From: Caldilineaceae bacterium
GTDB taxonomy: Bacteria; Chloroflexota; Anaerolineae; Caldilineales; Caldilineaceae
Direction: 5' to 3'
Assembly: GCA_026705565.1 (NCBI GenBank)
Contig: JAPPAJ010000340.1
Location: forward strand, 1-53,546
Length of the DNA: 53,546 nt
The notes below the pieces were generated by a model. That model was not told where the DNA came from, searched no databases, and saw only the letters and a program-made list of their open reading frames with translations. The first letter of the stretch is position 1, and each line of letters begins with the position of its first letter. The position numbers were made by a program, and so were the translations under genes. Shown piece by piece: positions 39,918 through 49,933 of this stretch.

Positions 39918-42458
39918 CTAGGCCGCGGCCAGGCTGACCCATTCCCAGTAGCGGCCGTTGAGCACGGTCCCGACAGGCTGCTGGCCCAGCCCTTCCGGCA
40001 TGAAGGCCGTGCCCGGCGCCACCTCCCCGTCCGCTCTGACTCTCACGGTTAGGGAACCGTAGTCGTTGCCGACGGTCGCCTCCGACCCATCGCCGATATC
40101 GCGGCGGGCCAGATCGACCGGATTCACGGCCAGATAGGGCTCCGGGATCAGGTTGGCGACCACATCGGTCAGCGTGCAGAGGCGGCTGTTGTCATAGAAG
40201 GTGCGGCCCCGGAACAGGCGCAGGGCCGTGCTGGACGGGGCGCCTTCCTCCGCGACCTGGACCGGAGCCTCCACGCGGGCATCGAGTTGCGGTCGGGCGC
40301 ACACCCGTCCCAGTTCGCCCAGGGTGTCCCAGGCAATGTCCCGGTAGGCCGGGACCGCCTCGGCGATTTCAGCGGTGATGGCCTGGACTGATGCATAGCC
40401 CTGGCTGTGGTCGGAGAGACGGCCGCACAGGTGATCGAGGATGAGCCAGTCCGGTGCCGCTTCGGAACCGTGGATGTCCACGGCCTTGGGGCTGCGCTGC
40501 ACCCGCCGTTCCATGTTGGTGAAGGTGCCGTCGGTTTCCACCCAGCCGCGGGCCGGCAGCACGATGTCGGCCTGTTGTGCCGTTGCCGTCAGGAACAGTT
40601 CCTGCACGATCAGCAGGTCCAGCCGGCCGAGGTTTTCGGCCCAGCGGGAATTTTCGCTCGCGGGATCGGCCCCCATTACATAAAGGCCCTTAATGTTCTT
40701 GCCGCATTCCTCGAACATCTGGGAATAGGTCAGGCCGACACCCTCGGGCAGGGTGCCCTGCCACAGGGATTCCAGCCGCTGTCGGGCCGGGCGGTCGTCA
40801 ACCGCCTCACCGCCCGGCAGGCGGCTGGGCACGACGCCAACGTCATGGCAGCCCTGGCTGTTGGCATCCAGGCCGATGAAGGCAAGACGCTCGGCATGGC
40901 CCGTGGCCGTGGCCAGGCAGTGCAGGGCCTGCCGTACCTCTTCGCCGTCGACTTGTTGGGTGATGTCGGGGCCGCAGATGATCACCGCGCTTTCACTTGC
41001 CACAAGGGCTCCCGCGACCGATTCGATGTCGGCCTGGAGTACGCCGGTGCGCACGGGATTGGTCTGCGACCATCCGGACGGTACCGCGTCGGCTGCATCC
41101 GTACGTGTCAGGGCCGCCCTGGCCAGACTTTGGACCAGTGCCAGTTCCAAGCCGGGTCGGTACTGCAGGGACTGGCCGCGACGGCCGCTTTCGGTCTGGC
41201 GGGGATGGATTGAAATCTGCCGGGAGCCGCCCCGGCTGATCGCCCGCTTGAGATGGACGTCCAGCATCGGGATTTCCTCGGCCGGATCCACGCCGAAGAG
41301 GACGATCAGGTCCGCCTCCGGCTTGGGGCCGTACTGCGGCTGCATGAGATGGGCCAGACTGGGCACACCGGTCAGGGCCACCTTCATGTCCCCGCCCTGG
41401 CGATGGTCCACGTTCGGGGTCTGTAGGTGCTGGCGGGCCATGCGCTGCAGCAGGTAGTTGCTTTCATTGCTGAGCTTGGCACTGCCGATGGCACCCAGTG
41501 CGGTCGGTCCGGCCGCGGCGGACACCTCCTGCAGGCGTTGGGCCGCGAAGTCGAGGGCTTCCGGCCACGAAACCTCGGTCAGTTGTTCGTTTGGGCTGCG
41601 TCGCACGAGGGGCTTTGTCAGGCGGTCCGGATGCCCCACCCAATGGTGGCAGAACCGGTCCCGGTCGGTGATGAACTGGTCGTTGACCCCCATGTTCTCG
41701 CGGCCCAGGATGCGCCTGACCTCCGTCCCGTTGCGGGTGTCGACCGAGATGTTGTTGCCCATGGGGTCGTGCAAGCTGATGGTTGGCGTGCGCTCGACCT
41801 GCCAGGGCCGGTACTGGAAGCGGGAGCCGCGGTTGGTCAGGGCGCCAACCGGACAGATGTCGATGATGTTGCCGCTTGTCTTGGCATCAACGCAGGTGCC
41901 GGGCTGCACGTCGATGATGGTGTCGCCGCCCCGTTCGAAGAGCCCGAGCTGGGGCTTTTCCTCCCATTCCTCCAGGTAGCGCACGCACCGCCAGCAAATG
42001 ACGCAGCGCTCCTGGTCCAGGACGATGGTGTCCGAAATGTCGTAGTTCTTTTGGGCGCGGCGCTTGGGTTCCACCAGCTGGCTTACACCGGGGCCGAAGC
42101 GCATTGTCATATCCTGCAGGGGACACTCGCCGCCCTTGTCGCAGATGGGGCAGTCGAGAGGGTGGTGCAGCAGGATGAACGCCAGGTTGGCCTCCTGAGC
42201 CGCCTGGGCCGCAGGCGTGTTGGTGCGGACCACCATGTCCGGCATGCACGGCATGTTGCAGGCCGTGTTGAGCATGGTGCCGCGCGGGCCCTCCATCTCC
42301 ACCAGGCACTGGCGGCAGCAGGCCACCGGATCCAGCTTGGGATGGCTGCAAAACACCGGGATCTCAATCCCCATCTGCGTGGCGGCGTCGATCACCAGTG
42401 TGCCGCGCGGCACCGTAATCTGCTCGTCGTTGATGGAGAGGGTGACCGTTTCGGCCAT
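39918..42458 (-). CDS. nuoG: NADH-quinone oxidoreductase subunit G
   Basis: Trimmed to the ATG at 42458 (MAETVTLSINDEQITVPRGTLVIDAA...). It has 2Fe-2S and 4Fe-4S Cys clusters and a molybdopterin-like domain. The 135 upstream codons of the track ORF overlap nuoEF and are Arg/Gly/His noise. Confidence 0.93.
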   Translation of the reverse strand: MAETVTLSINDEQITVPRGTLVIDAATQMGIEIPVFCSHPKLDPVACCRQCLVEMEGPRGTMLNTACNMPCMPDMVVRTNTPAAQAAQEANLAFILLHHPLDCPICDKGGECPLQDMTMRFGPGVSQLVEPKRRAQKNYDISDTIVLDQERCVICWRCVRYLEEWEEKPQLGLFERGGDTIIDVQPGTCVDAKTSGNIIDICPVGALTNRGSRFQYRPWQVERTPTISLHDPMGNNISVDTRNGTEVRRILGRENMGVNDQFITDRDRFCHHWVGHPDRLTKPLVRRSPNEQLTEVSWPEALDFAAQRLQEVSAAAGPTALGAIGSAKLSNESNYLLQRMARQHLQTPNVDHRQGGDMKVALTGVPSLAHLMQPQYGPKPEADLIVLFGVDPAEEIPMLDVHLKRAISRGGSRQISIHPRQTESGRRGQSLQYRPGLELALVQSLARAALTRTDAADAVPSGWSQTNPVRTGVLQADIESVAGALVASESAVIICGPDITQQVDGEEVRQALHCLATATGHAERLAFIGLDANSQGCHDVGVVPSRLPGGEAVDDRPARQRLESLWQGTLPEGVGLTYSQMFEECGKNIKGLYVMGADPASENSRWAENLGRLDLLIVQELFLTATAQQADIVLPARGWVETDGTFTNMERRVQRSPKAVDIHGSEAAPDWLILDHLCGRLSDHSQGYASVQAITAEIAEAVPAYRDIAWDTLGELGRVCARPQLDARVEAPVQVAEEGAPSSTALRLFRGRTFYDNSRLCTLTDVVANLIPEPYLAVNPVDLARRDIGDGSEATVGNDYGSLTVRVRADGEVAPGTAFMPEGLGQQPVGTVLNGRYWEWVSLAAA

Positions 42459-42493
42459 GGCGCAACCTGGGTTTGGCGGAGCTTGGATCGCAG

Positions 42494-44494
42494 TCAGTCG
42501 AGGTCGACCACCGTGTCGCGCACCAGCGGGGCGTCGCCCACCGGTTCGAGGCGTATGTCGGAGATGCCGGACCCGATGTCGGCGTCGGGTCGGTAGATGG
42601 GCCGCACCGGCAGGTTCGGCGACTCGTTGCCCGGGTTGGTGGCGGCGATGTGCTCCCGCCACTCGTCGCCGAACTTGGCCATGTTGCTTTGCAGGCCCCA
42701 GACGGCCGCGAAGCCGAAGGGGCAGAAGGACTTGCCGGCGATGTTGTCGGCGATGAAGTCCAGCAGCTTCAGGTCCTGTTCCCGGCCCCGGCCGGCCTGG
42801 ATACGCATCAGGATGTCCTCCATCCAGACCGTGCCCTCCCGGCAGGGAGTGCACTTGCCGCAACTTTCCTCGCGGAAGAAGGACACGGTGCGCAGCCCGA
42901 CTTCCACCATCCGGGCATCCTCGTCCATCACGATGATGCCGGCGGATCCCAGGTTGGACCCGGCGGCGGCGATGCTCTCCTGGTCCAGGCCGGTGTCCAG
43001 CTGGTCCGGCGAGAACAGCTGCATCGACAGGCCGCCCGGAATCACGGCGCGGATGTCCTTGTCGCCCTTTTCCGGCCCGCCGCCGTGTTCGTGGATGAGC
43101 GTGCTGAGGGGGGTTCCCTGCGGCAGCTCATAGAGGCCGGGGCGTTTCACGTTGCCGCTCAGGCAGAAAATCCGCATGCCCGGGCTGGCCTCGGTGCCCA
43201 TGGTGCGGTACCCATCCGGCCCCATGCGGGCGATGTGCAGCACGTTGCATACCGATTCGACGTTGTTGATGATGGTGGGCTTGGCGTAGAGCCCCGCCAC
43301 GGCGGGGAAGGGCGGACGCGAGCGGGGGAAGCCGCGGTAGCCTTCCAGGCTGCTCAGCAGCGCGGACTCCTCGCCGCAAATGTAGGCTCCGGCGCCGCGG
43401 TGGACCACGATGTCGAGACCGAAGCCCGTGCCGAACAGGCCTTCGCCGAGATAGCCCTTGGCCTTGGCCTCGGCAATCGCCGCCTCCAGCCGCTGCCACG
43501 CGAAGTAGTACTCGCCCCGGATGTAGATGTAGGCGCGCTCGGCCTGCACGGCGTACGCGGTGATGATGATCGACTCGATCAGCTGGTGCGGGTCGTATTC
43601 CATGATGCACCGGTCCTTGAAGGTTCCGGGCTCGGACTCGTCCGCGTTGACCACCAGGTAGCGGGGAAAGGCGTTGGGGGCCAGGAAGCCCCACTTGACC
43701 CCCGTTGGGAAGCCGGCTCCGCCGCGGCCCTTGAGGCCGCTGGCCTTGACCTGCTCAACCAGTTCGTCGGGAGCGGGCGACCCGGACGCGATGATGCGTC
43801 GGGCCGTGGCGTATCCGGCCTCCACATCGTCCGCTTCGTATTCCTCGATGGTATGGGACTCGGGCCGGCCGACTCGGCGGGTCAGGTAGGGGGTCTCCAT
43901 GCCAGCCACGGTGTAGGGACCGGCCCCGCGTCCGGTTCGTTCGAAGTCCCGGCCGGGCGTCCAACGCTCGAGCGTGTCGAAACCCTCGTCCTTGCGCAGC
44001 ATGCCGAGGACCGCGTCGATGTCCTCCGGGGTTTCGAGTTCCTCGAAGTACCGGATTTCCCCGGAGGCCTTCCGGGTGGCCGCCACCATCGGCGCGGTGG
44101 CGCAACTGCCGAGGCACTCCATGTGTTCCAGTGTGAAGACGCCGTCGTCGGTGGTTTCGCCGTGGCCGACCTCGAGCGTCTCCTCGAGGTGGTGCATGCA
44201 GGCCGACGAACCGCGCAGCATGCAGGGCACGTTGGTGCACACCTGAAGCAGGTAGTCGCCCTTCGGTTCCTGGTGGATCATGTGGTAGAAGGAGACGACG
44301 GCTCCGACCTCGGACGGTTCCAGGCCCAGAATGGCGGCCAGTTCGTTTTGCGCCTCGACGGAGGCGTGTCCGTGTTCCCGCTGGATGGCGTACAGGGCCG
44401 GCAGGATCGCCGAACGCCCGCGTCCTTCCGGATAGCGGCCGATCAGTTCCCGGATGTCGGCGCGCAGTTCGTCGGAGAGAATTGGCTGGTTCAT
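42494..44494 (-). CDS. nuoEF: fused NuoE-NuoF subunit (666 aa, one continuous ORF)
   Basis: The N-terminal ~165 aa are NuoE-like, a thioredoxin-fold 2Fe-2S domain (CTNVPCMLRG...ECLGSCATAP). The C-terminal part is NuoF (GLKGRGGAGFPTGVKW, FMN/NADH site, CGKCTPCREG). Confidence 0.92.
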   Translation of the reverse strand: MNQPILSDELRADIRELIGRYPEGRGRSAILPALYAIQREHGHASVEAQNELAAILGLEPSEVGAVVSFYHMIHQEPKGDYLLQVCTNVPCMLRGSSACMHHLEETLEVGHGETTDDGVFTLEHMECLGSCATAPMVAATRKASGEIRYFEELETPEDIDAVLGMLRKDEGFDTLERWTPGRDFERTGRGAGPYTVAGMETPYLTRRVGRPESHTIEEYEADDVEAGYATARRIIASGSPAPDELVEQVKASGLKGRGGAGFPTGVKWGFLAPNAFPRYLVVNADESEPGTFKDRCIMEYDPHQLIESIIITAYAVQAERAYIYIRGEYYFAWQRLEAAIAEAKAKGYLGEGLFGTGFGLDIVVHRGAGAYICGEESALLSSLEGYRGFPRSRPPFPAVAGLYAKPTIINNVESVCNVLHIARMGPDGYRTMGTEASPGMRIFCLSGNVKRPGLYELPQGTPLSTLIHEHGGGPEKGDKDIRAVIPGGLSMQLFSPDQLDTGLDQESIAAAGSNLGSAGIIVMDEDARMVEVGLRTVSFFREESCGKCTPCREGTVWMEDILMRIQAGRGREQDLKLLDFIADNIAGKSFCPFGFAAVWGLQSNMAKFGDEWREHIAATNPGNESPNLPVRPIYRPDADIGSGISDIRLEPVGDAPLVRDTVVDLD

Positions 44495-44511
44495 GATGTC
44501 CCAATCCGGGG

Positions 44512-46350
44512 TCAGCGGTCGACTTCGCCCAGCACGATGTCAATGGAGCCGATGTTCGTGATGATGTCGGAAAGCATCAGTCCCCTGCTCATGCCGCTGA
44601 TGGCGTACAGGTTGTTGAAGCTGGGGCCCCGCACGTGGAGTCGGTAGGGCTTGCCCGATCCGTCACTGTAGATGAAGAACCCCAGTTCGCCCTTGCTGGC
44701 CTCGATGCCATGGTAGTACATGCCGGGTGGAACCTTGAATCCTTCGGTGAACAGCTTGAAATGGTGGATTAGGGACTCCATGCTCACGTCGAGCTCGGTG
44801 CGTGGCGGCGGGTTCACCTTGCGGTCGTCCGAACGGTAGAGGCCGTCGGGCAGGCGGTCCAGTGCCTGACGGATGATGCGGATGCTCTGGCGCATCTCCT
44901 CCATGCGTATCTCGTAGCGGCCGAAGCCGTCGCCGCGATCGCTCGTCGGCACGTCGAACTCGTACTGCTCGTAGCCGCTGTACGGCTGGTCCCGGCGCAG
45001 ATCCCAGTCCACGCCGCTGCCCCGCAGCATGGGACCGGTCAGGCCCATGGCCAGGGCGTCCTCCCGGCTGACCATGCCGACGCCCTCCAGGCGCGTGCGC
45101 CAGATGGGACTGTCCTTGACCAGGTCGCGGTATTCGTCGATGCGGCCCGGGAACAGGTCGCAGAATTCGGACAGGGCACCCAGGAACGCCTCCGGCAGGT
45201 CCTTCCAGACACCGCCGATGCGGATGTAGCTGGTGGTCAGACGGGCGCCGCAGACCATCTCGAACAGGTCGAGGATACGCTCGCGCTCGCGGGTGGCGTA
45301 CATCAGGAGCGACATGCCGTTGCCGGAAATGTCGAGCACGTGGGTCGAGAGCCAGAACAGGTGGGACGCGATCCGCTGCATCTCACTCATGATCACCCGA
45401 ATGGCCTGGGCGCGTGCCGGGATCTCGAGGTCGAGCATGCCCTCCACCGCCAGCACGTAGCCGAGGTTGTTGTTCATGGCCGACAGGTAGTCCATCCGGT
45501 CGGTGTAGTACACGAAGTCCTTGTACCGGCGGTGCTCCCCGGTCTTCTCGAACCCCGAATGCAGGTAGCCGAGGTCCGGGTCCACGTTGACCACGCGTTC
45601 CCCGTCCAGCTCCACCACCAGCCGCAGCACGCCGTGCGTGCTCGGATGGTGGGGCCCCATGTTCAGGATCATGTTTTGCCGGTTCATGCCGGGCGGCAGG
45701 TCCGGGGGCAGGCTTTCGGGATCCAGGATCTGATCCCCCAGCGCATCGAACTCGGGATGGTCCCAGGTGAGCGAGAACGGCACGTCCTCGCCGCCCAGCG
45801 GCACGTCCTTGCGCAGCGGGTGGTTGGGCCAGGCGGCGGGCATCAGGATGCGGCGCGGGTCCGGGTGGTCCGCAAAGCGGATTCCCATCAGGTCCATTAC
45901 TTCGCGCTCGGGCCAAATGGTCCCGGGAAACTGCCCGGCGAGGCTGGGGGCCTCCGCATCGTCGCCGCCCGGAAGGGGACACACGATGAAAAGTGCCTTG
46001 TGCCGGGAAAGGGATCTAAGGAGATAGACCGTCTGGAAGCGGACATCGGGATCCGGGTTGGGCAGTTCGGACAGGTCCACCGACGTGACGTCGATCAGGG
46101 TGGTGTAGGCCAGTTCGCCATCGCGCAGCCAGGTCACCAGGTCCCGCAGATCCGCAGGCGCCACGTGCACGAACGGCAAATTGTGCTGTAGGCCCGCGGC
46201 CAGGATGCGATCGCCGAATGCCGCCGCGATGGCCTGCGTATCCTCGGTCTCACCGTCCGGCTGCGGGGCGCGGGCCGGAATGCTGATGTCGTCGAGGTTG
46301 GGCAGGGTTTCGTACAGCCGATCGACCGGTGATACGTCGAGCAGGGGCAT
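44512..46350 (-). CDS. nuoCD: fused NuoC-NuoD subunit (612 aa)
   Basis: Trimmed to the ATG at 46350 (MPLLDVSPVDRLY...). The NuoC region includes WPEREVMDLMGIRF. NuoD runs from NMGPHHPSTHGVLRL to the C-terminal GSIDIVLGEVDR. Confidence 0.93.
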   Translation of the reverse strand: MPLLDVSPVDRLYETLPNLDDISIPARAPQPDGETEDTQAIAAAFGDRILAAGLQHNLPFVHVAPADLRDLVTWLRDGELAYTTLIDVTSVDLSELPNPDPDVRFQTVYLLRSLSRHKALFIVCPLPGGDDAEAPSLAGQFPGTIWPEREVMDLMGIRFADHPDPRRILMPAAWPNHPLRKDVPLGGEDVPFSLTWDHPEFDALGDQILDPESLPPDLPPGMNRQNMILNMGPHHPSTHGVLRLVVELDGERVVNVDPDLGYLHSGFEKTGEHRRYKDFVYYTDRMDYLSAMNNNLGYVLAVEGMLDLEIPARAQAIRVIMSEMQRIASHLFWLSTHVLDISGNGMSLLMYATRERERILDLFEMVCGARLTTSYIRIGGVWKDLPEAFLGALSEFCDLFPGRIDEYRDLVKDSPIWRTRLEGVGMVSREDALAMGLTGPMLRGSGVDWDLRRDQPYSGYEQYEFDVPTSDRGDGFGRYEIRMEEMRQSIRIIRQALDRLPDGLYRSDDRKVNPPPRTELDVSMESLIHHFKLFTEGFKVPPGMYYHGIEASKGELGFFIYSDGSGKPYRLHVRGPSFNNLYAISGMSRGLMLSDIITNIGSIDIVLGEVDR

Positions 46351-46427
46351 GATCAGGCGGTGGTGGGGCAGCCGCTGGACAGCGCGGGATCCCGTTGATC
46401 GCGAAACCGAGGGCCGGGGAACTTGCC

Positions 46428-46982
46428 TCAGCCGATGCGCGGGGCCAGGCCCGCCATGGCCTGTTCGGCTTCGGCTGGCGCCCCGGGCTGTTCGGGGGTA
46501 AAGACATACTTGGAGAAGTGCTCGCCCGTCTGCTTTTGGCGCAGAAGCTCCATGCCGTAGAGCAGGGCTTCGGGACGGGGCGGACAGCCGGGTACATAGA
46601 CATCGACCGGAATGATCTTGTCGACGCCCTGCACGATGGCGTAGTTGTTGAACGGGCCGCCGGCGCTGGCGCAGATGCCCATGGCGATTACCCACTTGGG
46701 TTCGAGCATCTGGTCGTGCAACCGTCGGATGACGGGGGCCATCTTGTTGCTGACCCGTCCGGACACGATGATGAGGTCGGCCTGGCGGGGCGTGGCCCGG
46801 AACAGTTCGGAGCCGTAGCGGGCGATGTCGTGCCGGGCGGTGCCGGCGGCGATCATCTCCATGGCGCAACAGGCCAGGCCGAACAGAAGGGGCCAGGTGC
46901 TGTTGCGACGCGCCCAGTTGACAAGGTCTTCCAGCCTTGCCGCAACCAGACTGCCTTCCTTGAGGTTCGATTCAAGACCCAT
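46428..46982 (-). CDS. nuoB: NADH-quinone oxidoreductase subunit B
   Basis: Trimmed to the ATG at 46982 ([10 protein letters not shown]...). The N2-cluster motifs are GLACCAMEM and [10 protein letters not shown]. Confidence 0.94.
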   Translation of the reverse strand: MGLESNLKEGSLVAARLEDLVNWARRNSTWPLLFGLACCAMEMIAAGTARHDIARYGSELFRATPRQADLIIVSGRVSNKMAPVIRRLHDQMLEPKWVIAMGICASAGGPFNNYAIVQGVDKIIPVDVYVPGCPPRPEALLYGMELLRQKQTGEHFSKYVFTPEQPGAPAEAEQAMAGLAPRIG

Positions 46983-47025
46983 GGGTGGTCCGACTCCCGC
47001 TGGCGTACCTGCAAGCCTGTGCCGT

Positions 47026-47406
47026 CTAGTCCCAGTCGAGGGCGCCCTTGCGCCACTCGTACACGAAACCAATCACCACCACGGCCATAAACACTCCCAT
47101 GGCCGCCAACGACACCTTCTTGATGGCATCGTTGTGCAGGGTTGTGGCCCAAGGATAGAGAAAGACTACTTCAATGTCGAAAATGATGAAAAGGACGGCA
47201 ACCAGGTAGTACTGCACCGGGAATCGGCGCCGGGTGTCGGCGAAGGGTCGGATACCGGACTCGTAGGCTTCCGACTTTGCCTCAAGTTCCCGGCGGGGTC
47301 CCAGGAGCACCGACAGGACGATGACAATGCCGGCCACGGCCAGCGCCACCACAACGATGACCAGCAGCGGGAGGAAATCCTGGGGGGTGTTTGCGACTTC
47401 GTTCAT
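47026..47406 (-). CDS. nuoA: NADH-quinone oxidoreductase subunit A
   Basis: Trimmed to the ATG at 47406 ([15 protein letters not shown]...). YESGIRPF and [14 protein letters not shown] are NuoA hallmarks. Confidence 0.9.
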   Translation of the reverse strand: MNEVANTPQDFLPLLVIVVVALAVAGIVIVLSVLLGPRRELEAKSEAYESGIRPFADTRRRFPVQYYLVAVLFIIFDIEVVFLYPWATTLHNDAIKKVSLAAMGVFMAVVVIGFVYEWRKGALDWD

Positions 47407-47752
47407 GGGAAGTGCTGCAGGCCACGGCCGGGCGTCCGGGGCCATGCCGAACCCGGAATGCGGCCATCCGCAAGATCGACTTGGATGGTTGATGTTCGCA
47501 CGCCTTCAATCCTACCCGATCCGTTCGCGCCCTGCCAATATGCGGCCTTCGCGTCCGGGAGTCGCCGTTTCACCGAGTTGCAAATCGGCGTCGCCGGGTT
47601 ATGGGCGCTCGCGGATCGCTGTGCTACCATTCGCGTCCGCACGGGCTGCGCGCGGCCATCGGTCCATCCGGCCCTTCGGTTCGATGGTTGACAGACCCTC
47701 CTGACACGATTGCTCGGAAGCGCAAAGTCCTCCCCTCCCGACCGTCTGCTCC

Positions 47753-48115
47753 ATGCTGCTCAAGTACGCATTCATCTTCATCCTGAGCGGCTTTGCCCTG
47801 GTTCTTCCCCTTGTGTCCATCGTGGCCGGCGCCATCCTGGGGCCGCGCAAGCCGGACCCGGTGAAGAACGACATCTACGAGAGCGGCCTGAACACGATCG
47901 GGGACACTTGGATTCAGTTCCGGGCCCAGTTCTACCTGATTGGCCTTGTCTTCCTCGTGTTCGACCTGGAAGTCGTATTTCTCTACCCGATTGCGATGGC
48001 CTACGGCCGGCCCGAATTCGGCATGGCCGCGGTTCTCGTGACACTCCTCTTCATGGCTCTCCTGATCGTCGGTCTGGTCTACGACTGGCGCAAGGGCGGC
48101 CTCGAGTGGCAGTAG
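47753..48115 (+). CDS. nuoA: NuoA paralog (second, membrane-arm-only cluster)
   Basis: 120 aa, with YESGLNTIG and FLVFDLEVVFLYP. Confidence 0.9.
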   Translation: MLLKYAFIFILSGFALVLPLVSIVAGAILGPRKPDPVKNDIYESGLNTIGDTWIQFRAQFYLIGLVFLVFDLEVVFLYPIAMAYGRPEFGMAAVLVTLLFMALLIVGLVYDWRKGGLEWQ

Positions 48116-48142
48116 GCATCGTCATCCCAGGAAGCTTGCCCC

Positions 48143-49351
48143 GTGGCTGAGTGGTATCAGGTTCTCATGACGGCCCTTGTGGGGGCCGGCGTGCCGGAGT
48201 GGATCGCAACCGCCGTTGCCTTGTTGGCCGGTGTGACGGCCATCGGGCTGGTGGCCCCGTTGATCGCCTTGATTCTGGTTTGGCTCCTGCGCAAGGTCAT
48301 CAGCCGCATCCAGGACCGCATCGGACCCAACCGCGTCGGGCGGTTCGGCTTGCTGCAGACGATCGCCGACATCGTGAAGCTCCTCAGCAAGGAGGGCATC
48401 AACCCCTCCCGGGCGGACTTCATGGCCTACAACCTGGCACCCATCCTGAGTGTCTTCGGTGTTCTGCTGCTCTTCGCCGTGGTGCCCGTGACGCGGGGAC
48501 TGATTGGCGTCGACATCAACGTCGGTGTCCTGTACATCGTGGCCCTCGGCTCGATCGGCATTATGGCCGCCCTGATGGCCGGCTGGGGCAGCAACAACAA
48601 GTACGCCCTCCTGTCGGGTTTCCGGGTCGTGGCACAGCTCCTTTCATACGAAATCCCGCTCGTACTGAGCATGCTGGCCGTGGTCCTGTATGCGGGCACC
48701 ATGCGCTTCGGCGAGCTGGCGGAGCAACAGGGCAACTTCCTGGGCCTTGGCTGGTACGTCTTCCTCATGCCGGGCGCCGCCCTGATCTTCTTCGTGTGCG
48801 CCCTGGCGGAATCGGAGCAGACCCCCTTTGACCTGCTGGAGGCGGAGTCGGAACTGATTGCCGGCTTCCACATCGAGTACTCCGGCATGCGCTTCGCCAT
48901 GTTCTTCCTGGCGCAGTTCCTGGGCGGTTTCGTGTTCGCCTGGGTGGGTGCCGCCATGTTTCTGGGCGGCTGGCAGGGGCCCGGTGTGGACCTGCCCGGC
49001 ATCGGCGGCTTCCTGGCGGCCGGCTACATGATGATCAAGACCTTCGCCATCTATCTGTTGATGATCTGGGTACGGGGTACGTTCCCCCGTCTGCGGGTGG
49101 ACCAGATGATGTCCTTCTGTTGGAAAATCCTGGTGCCCCTGACCGTCGGCCTCATCTCTTGGCAGATGGTGGTACAGGTCCTGGAGCTGCCCACCCCGGT
49201 GATCGCCGTCCTGGTCCTGGTCGGCAACCTGCTCGTGATGGGCATCGGTCTCTATGCCGTCGGACGTGCCATTCGGCAGGAAGGCTTCCGTACCAAGCGG
49301 GCCTTCACCCCGGATTCGCTCATCGGCACCATGCAGCCCGTCGCCGAATAG
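48143..49351 (+). CDS. nuoH: NuoH paralog (402 aa, longer than the operon-1 copy)
   Basis: RIQDRIGPNRVGRFGLLQTIAD and AESEQTPFDLLEAESELIAGF are present. The start is GTG; an alternative ATG lies at 48167. Confidence 0.9.
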   Translation: MAEWYQVLMTALVGAGVPEWIATAVALLAGVTAIGLVAPLIALILVWLLRKVISRIQDRIGPNRVGRFGLLQTIADIVKLLSKEGINPSRADFMAYNLAPILSVFGVLLLFAVVPVTRGLIGVDINVGVLYIVALGSIGIMAALMAGWGSNNKYALLSGFRVVAQLLSYEIPLVLSMLAVVLYAGTMRFGELAEQQGNFLGLGWYVFLMPGAALIFFVCALAESEQTPFDLLEAESELIAGFHIEYSGMRFAMFFLAQFLGGFVFAWVGAAMFLGGWQGPGVDLPGIGGFLAAGYMMIKTFAIYLLMIWVRGTFPRLRVDQMMSFCWKILVPLTVGLISWQMVVQVLELPTPVIAVLVLVGNLLVMGIGLYAVGRAIRQEGFRTKRAFTPDSLIGTMQPVAE

Positions 49352-49383
49352 GGCGAGGCCAGCTTTCGCCCCCGTTCCGGACC

Positions 49384-49920
49384 ATGCCCGAACTTCCCGT
49401 CGAAATCCCGATTCCCACGCCTCATCAGGCCGTCTTCATTATGGTGGCCGTGGCGACGGGTGTGGCGTCCCTGCTGGTGGTGACGAACCGCAACCTCTTC
49501 TACTCGGCCCTGTGCCTGGTGGGGGCGCTGTTCGGCGTGGCCGGAGTCTATGTCCTGCTTGAGGCGGAGTTCCTGGCCATCACCCAGGTGCTGGTCTATG
49601 TAGGTGCCATTGCCACGCTGATTACCTTCGCCATCATGCTCACCCGGGGCATCATGTTCGGCGTCACATCCCCCAACAACCGGTACATGTTCGCCGTCAT
49701 GTCGATGGCACTGCTGGTATTCCTGCTGGTGGCCGGCGTGGTGGACCGCGTGCCCTGGGCCGTGGCCGAGGACCTGACGCTGAGCGGGGACGGCAAGTCC
49801 ATGATCGTGGACTTGGGCTGGGAGTTTGTCACCACGTACGCTCTGCCGCTCGAACTGATCGGCCTGCTGCTGCTGATTGCGCTGGTCGGTGCCGTGATGC
49901 TGGCCCGGGACGACGAGTAA
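49384..49920 (+). CDS. nuoJ: NuoJ paralog
   Basis: Trimmed to the ATG at 49384 (MPELPVEIPIPTPHQAVFIMVAV...). VYVLLEAEFLAITQVLVYVGAIATLITFAIML has the NuoJ pattern. Confidence 0.85.
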   Translation: MPELPVEIPIPTPHQAVFIMVAVATGVASLLVVTNRNLFYSALCLVGALFGVAGVYVLLEAEFLAITQVLVYVGAIATLITFAIMLTRGIMFGVTSPNNRYMFAVMSMALLVFLLVAGVVDRVPWAVAEDLTLSGDGKSMIVDLGWEFVTTYALPLELIGLLLLIALVGAVMLARDDE

Positions 49921-49933
49921 GGGAGGCTGAGAC

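Noticed and set aside
37863-47445. Long N-terminal extensions of track ORFs for nuoJ, nuoG, nuoCD, nuoB and nuoA, and likewise rpsL, rodA, hpt and the M23 peptidase.
   Set aside because: The extensions overlap the preceding gene out of frame and are Arg/His/Pro-rich. Internal starts reproduce the conserved family N-termini at normal lengths, so coordinates were trimmed.
47678-47685. A GGTTCGAT T-loop-like motif, checked as a possible tRNA in the nuoA-nuoA spacer. Other GTTCGA-like strings near 27130 and 24388 were also checked.
   Set aside because: The flanking bases do not form a T-stem, and no acceptor, D or anticodon arms could be built. No tRNA is called anywhere in the window.
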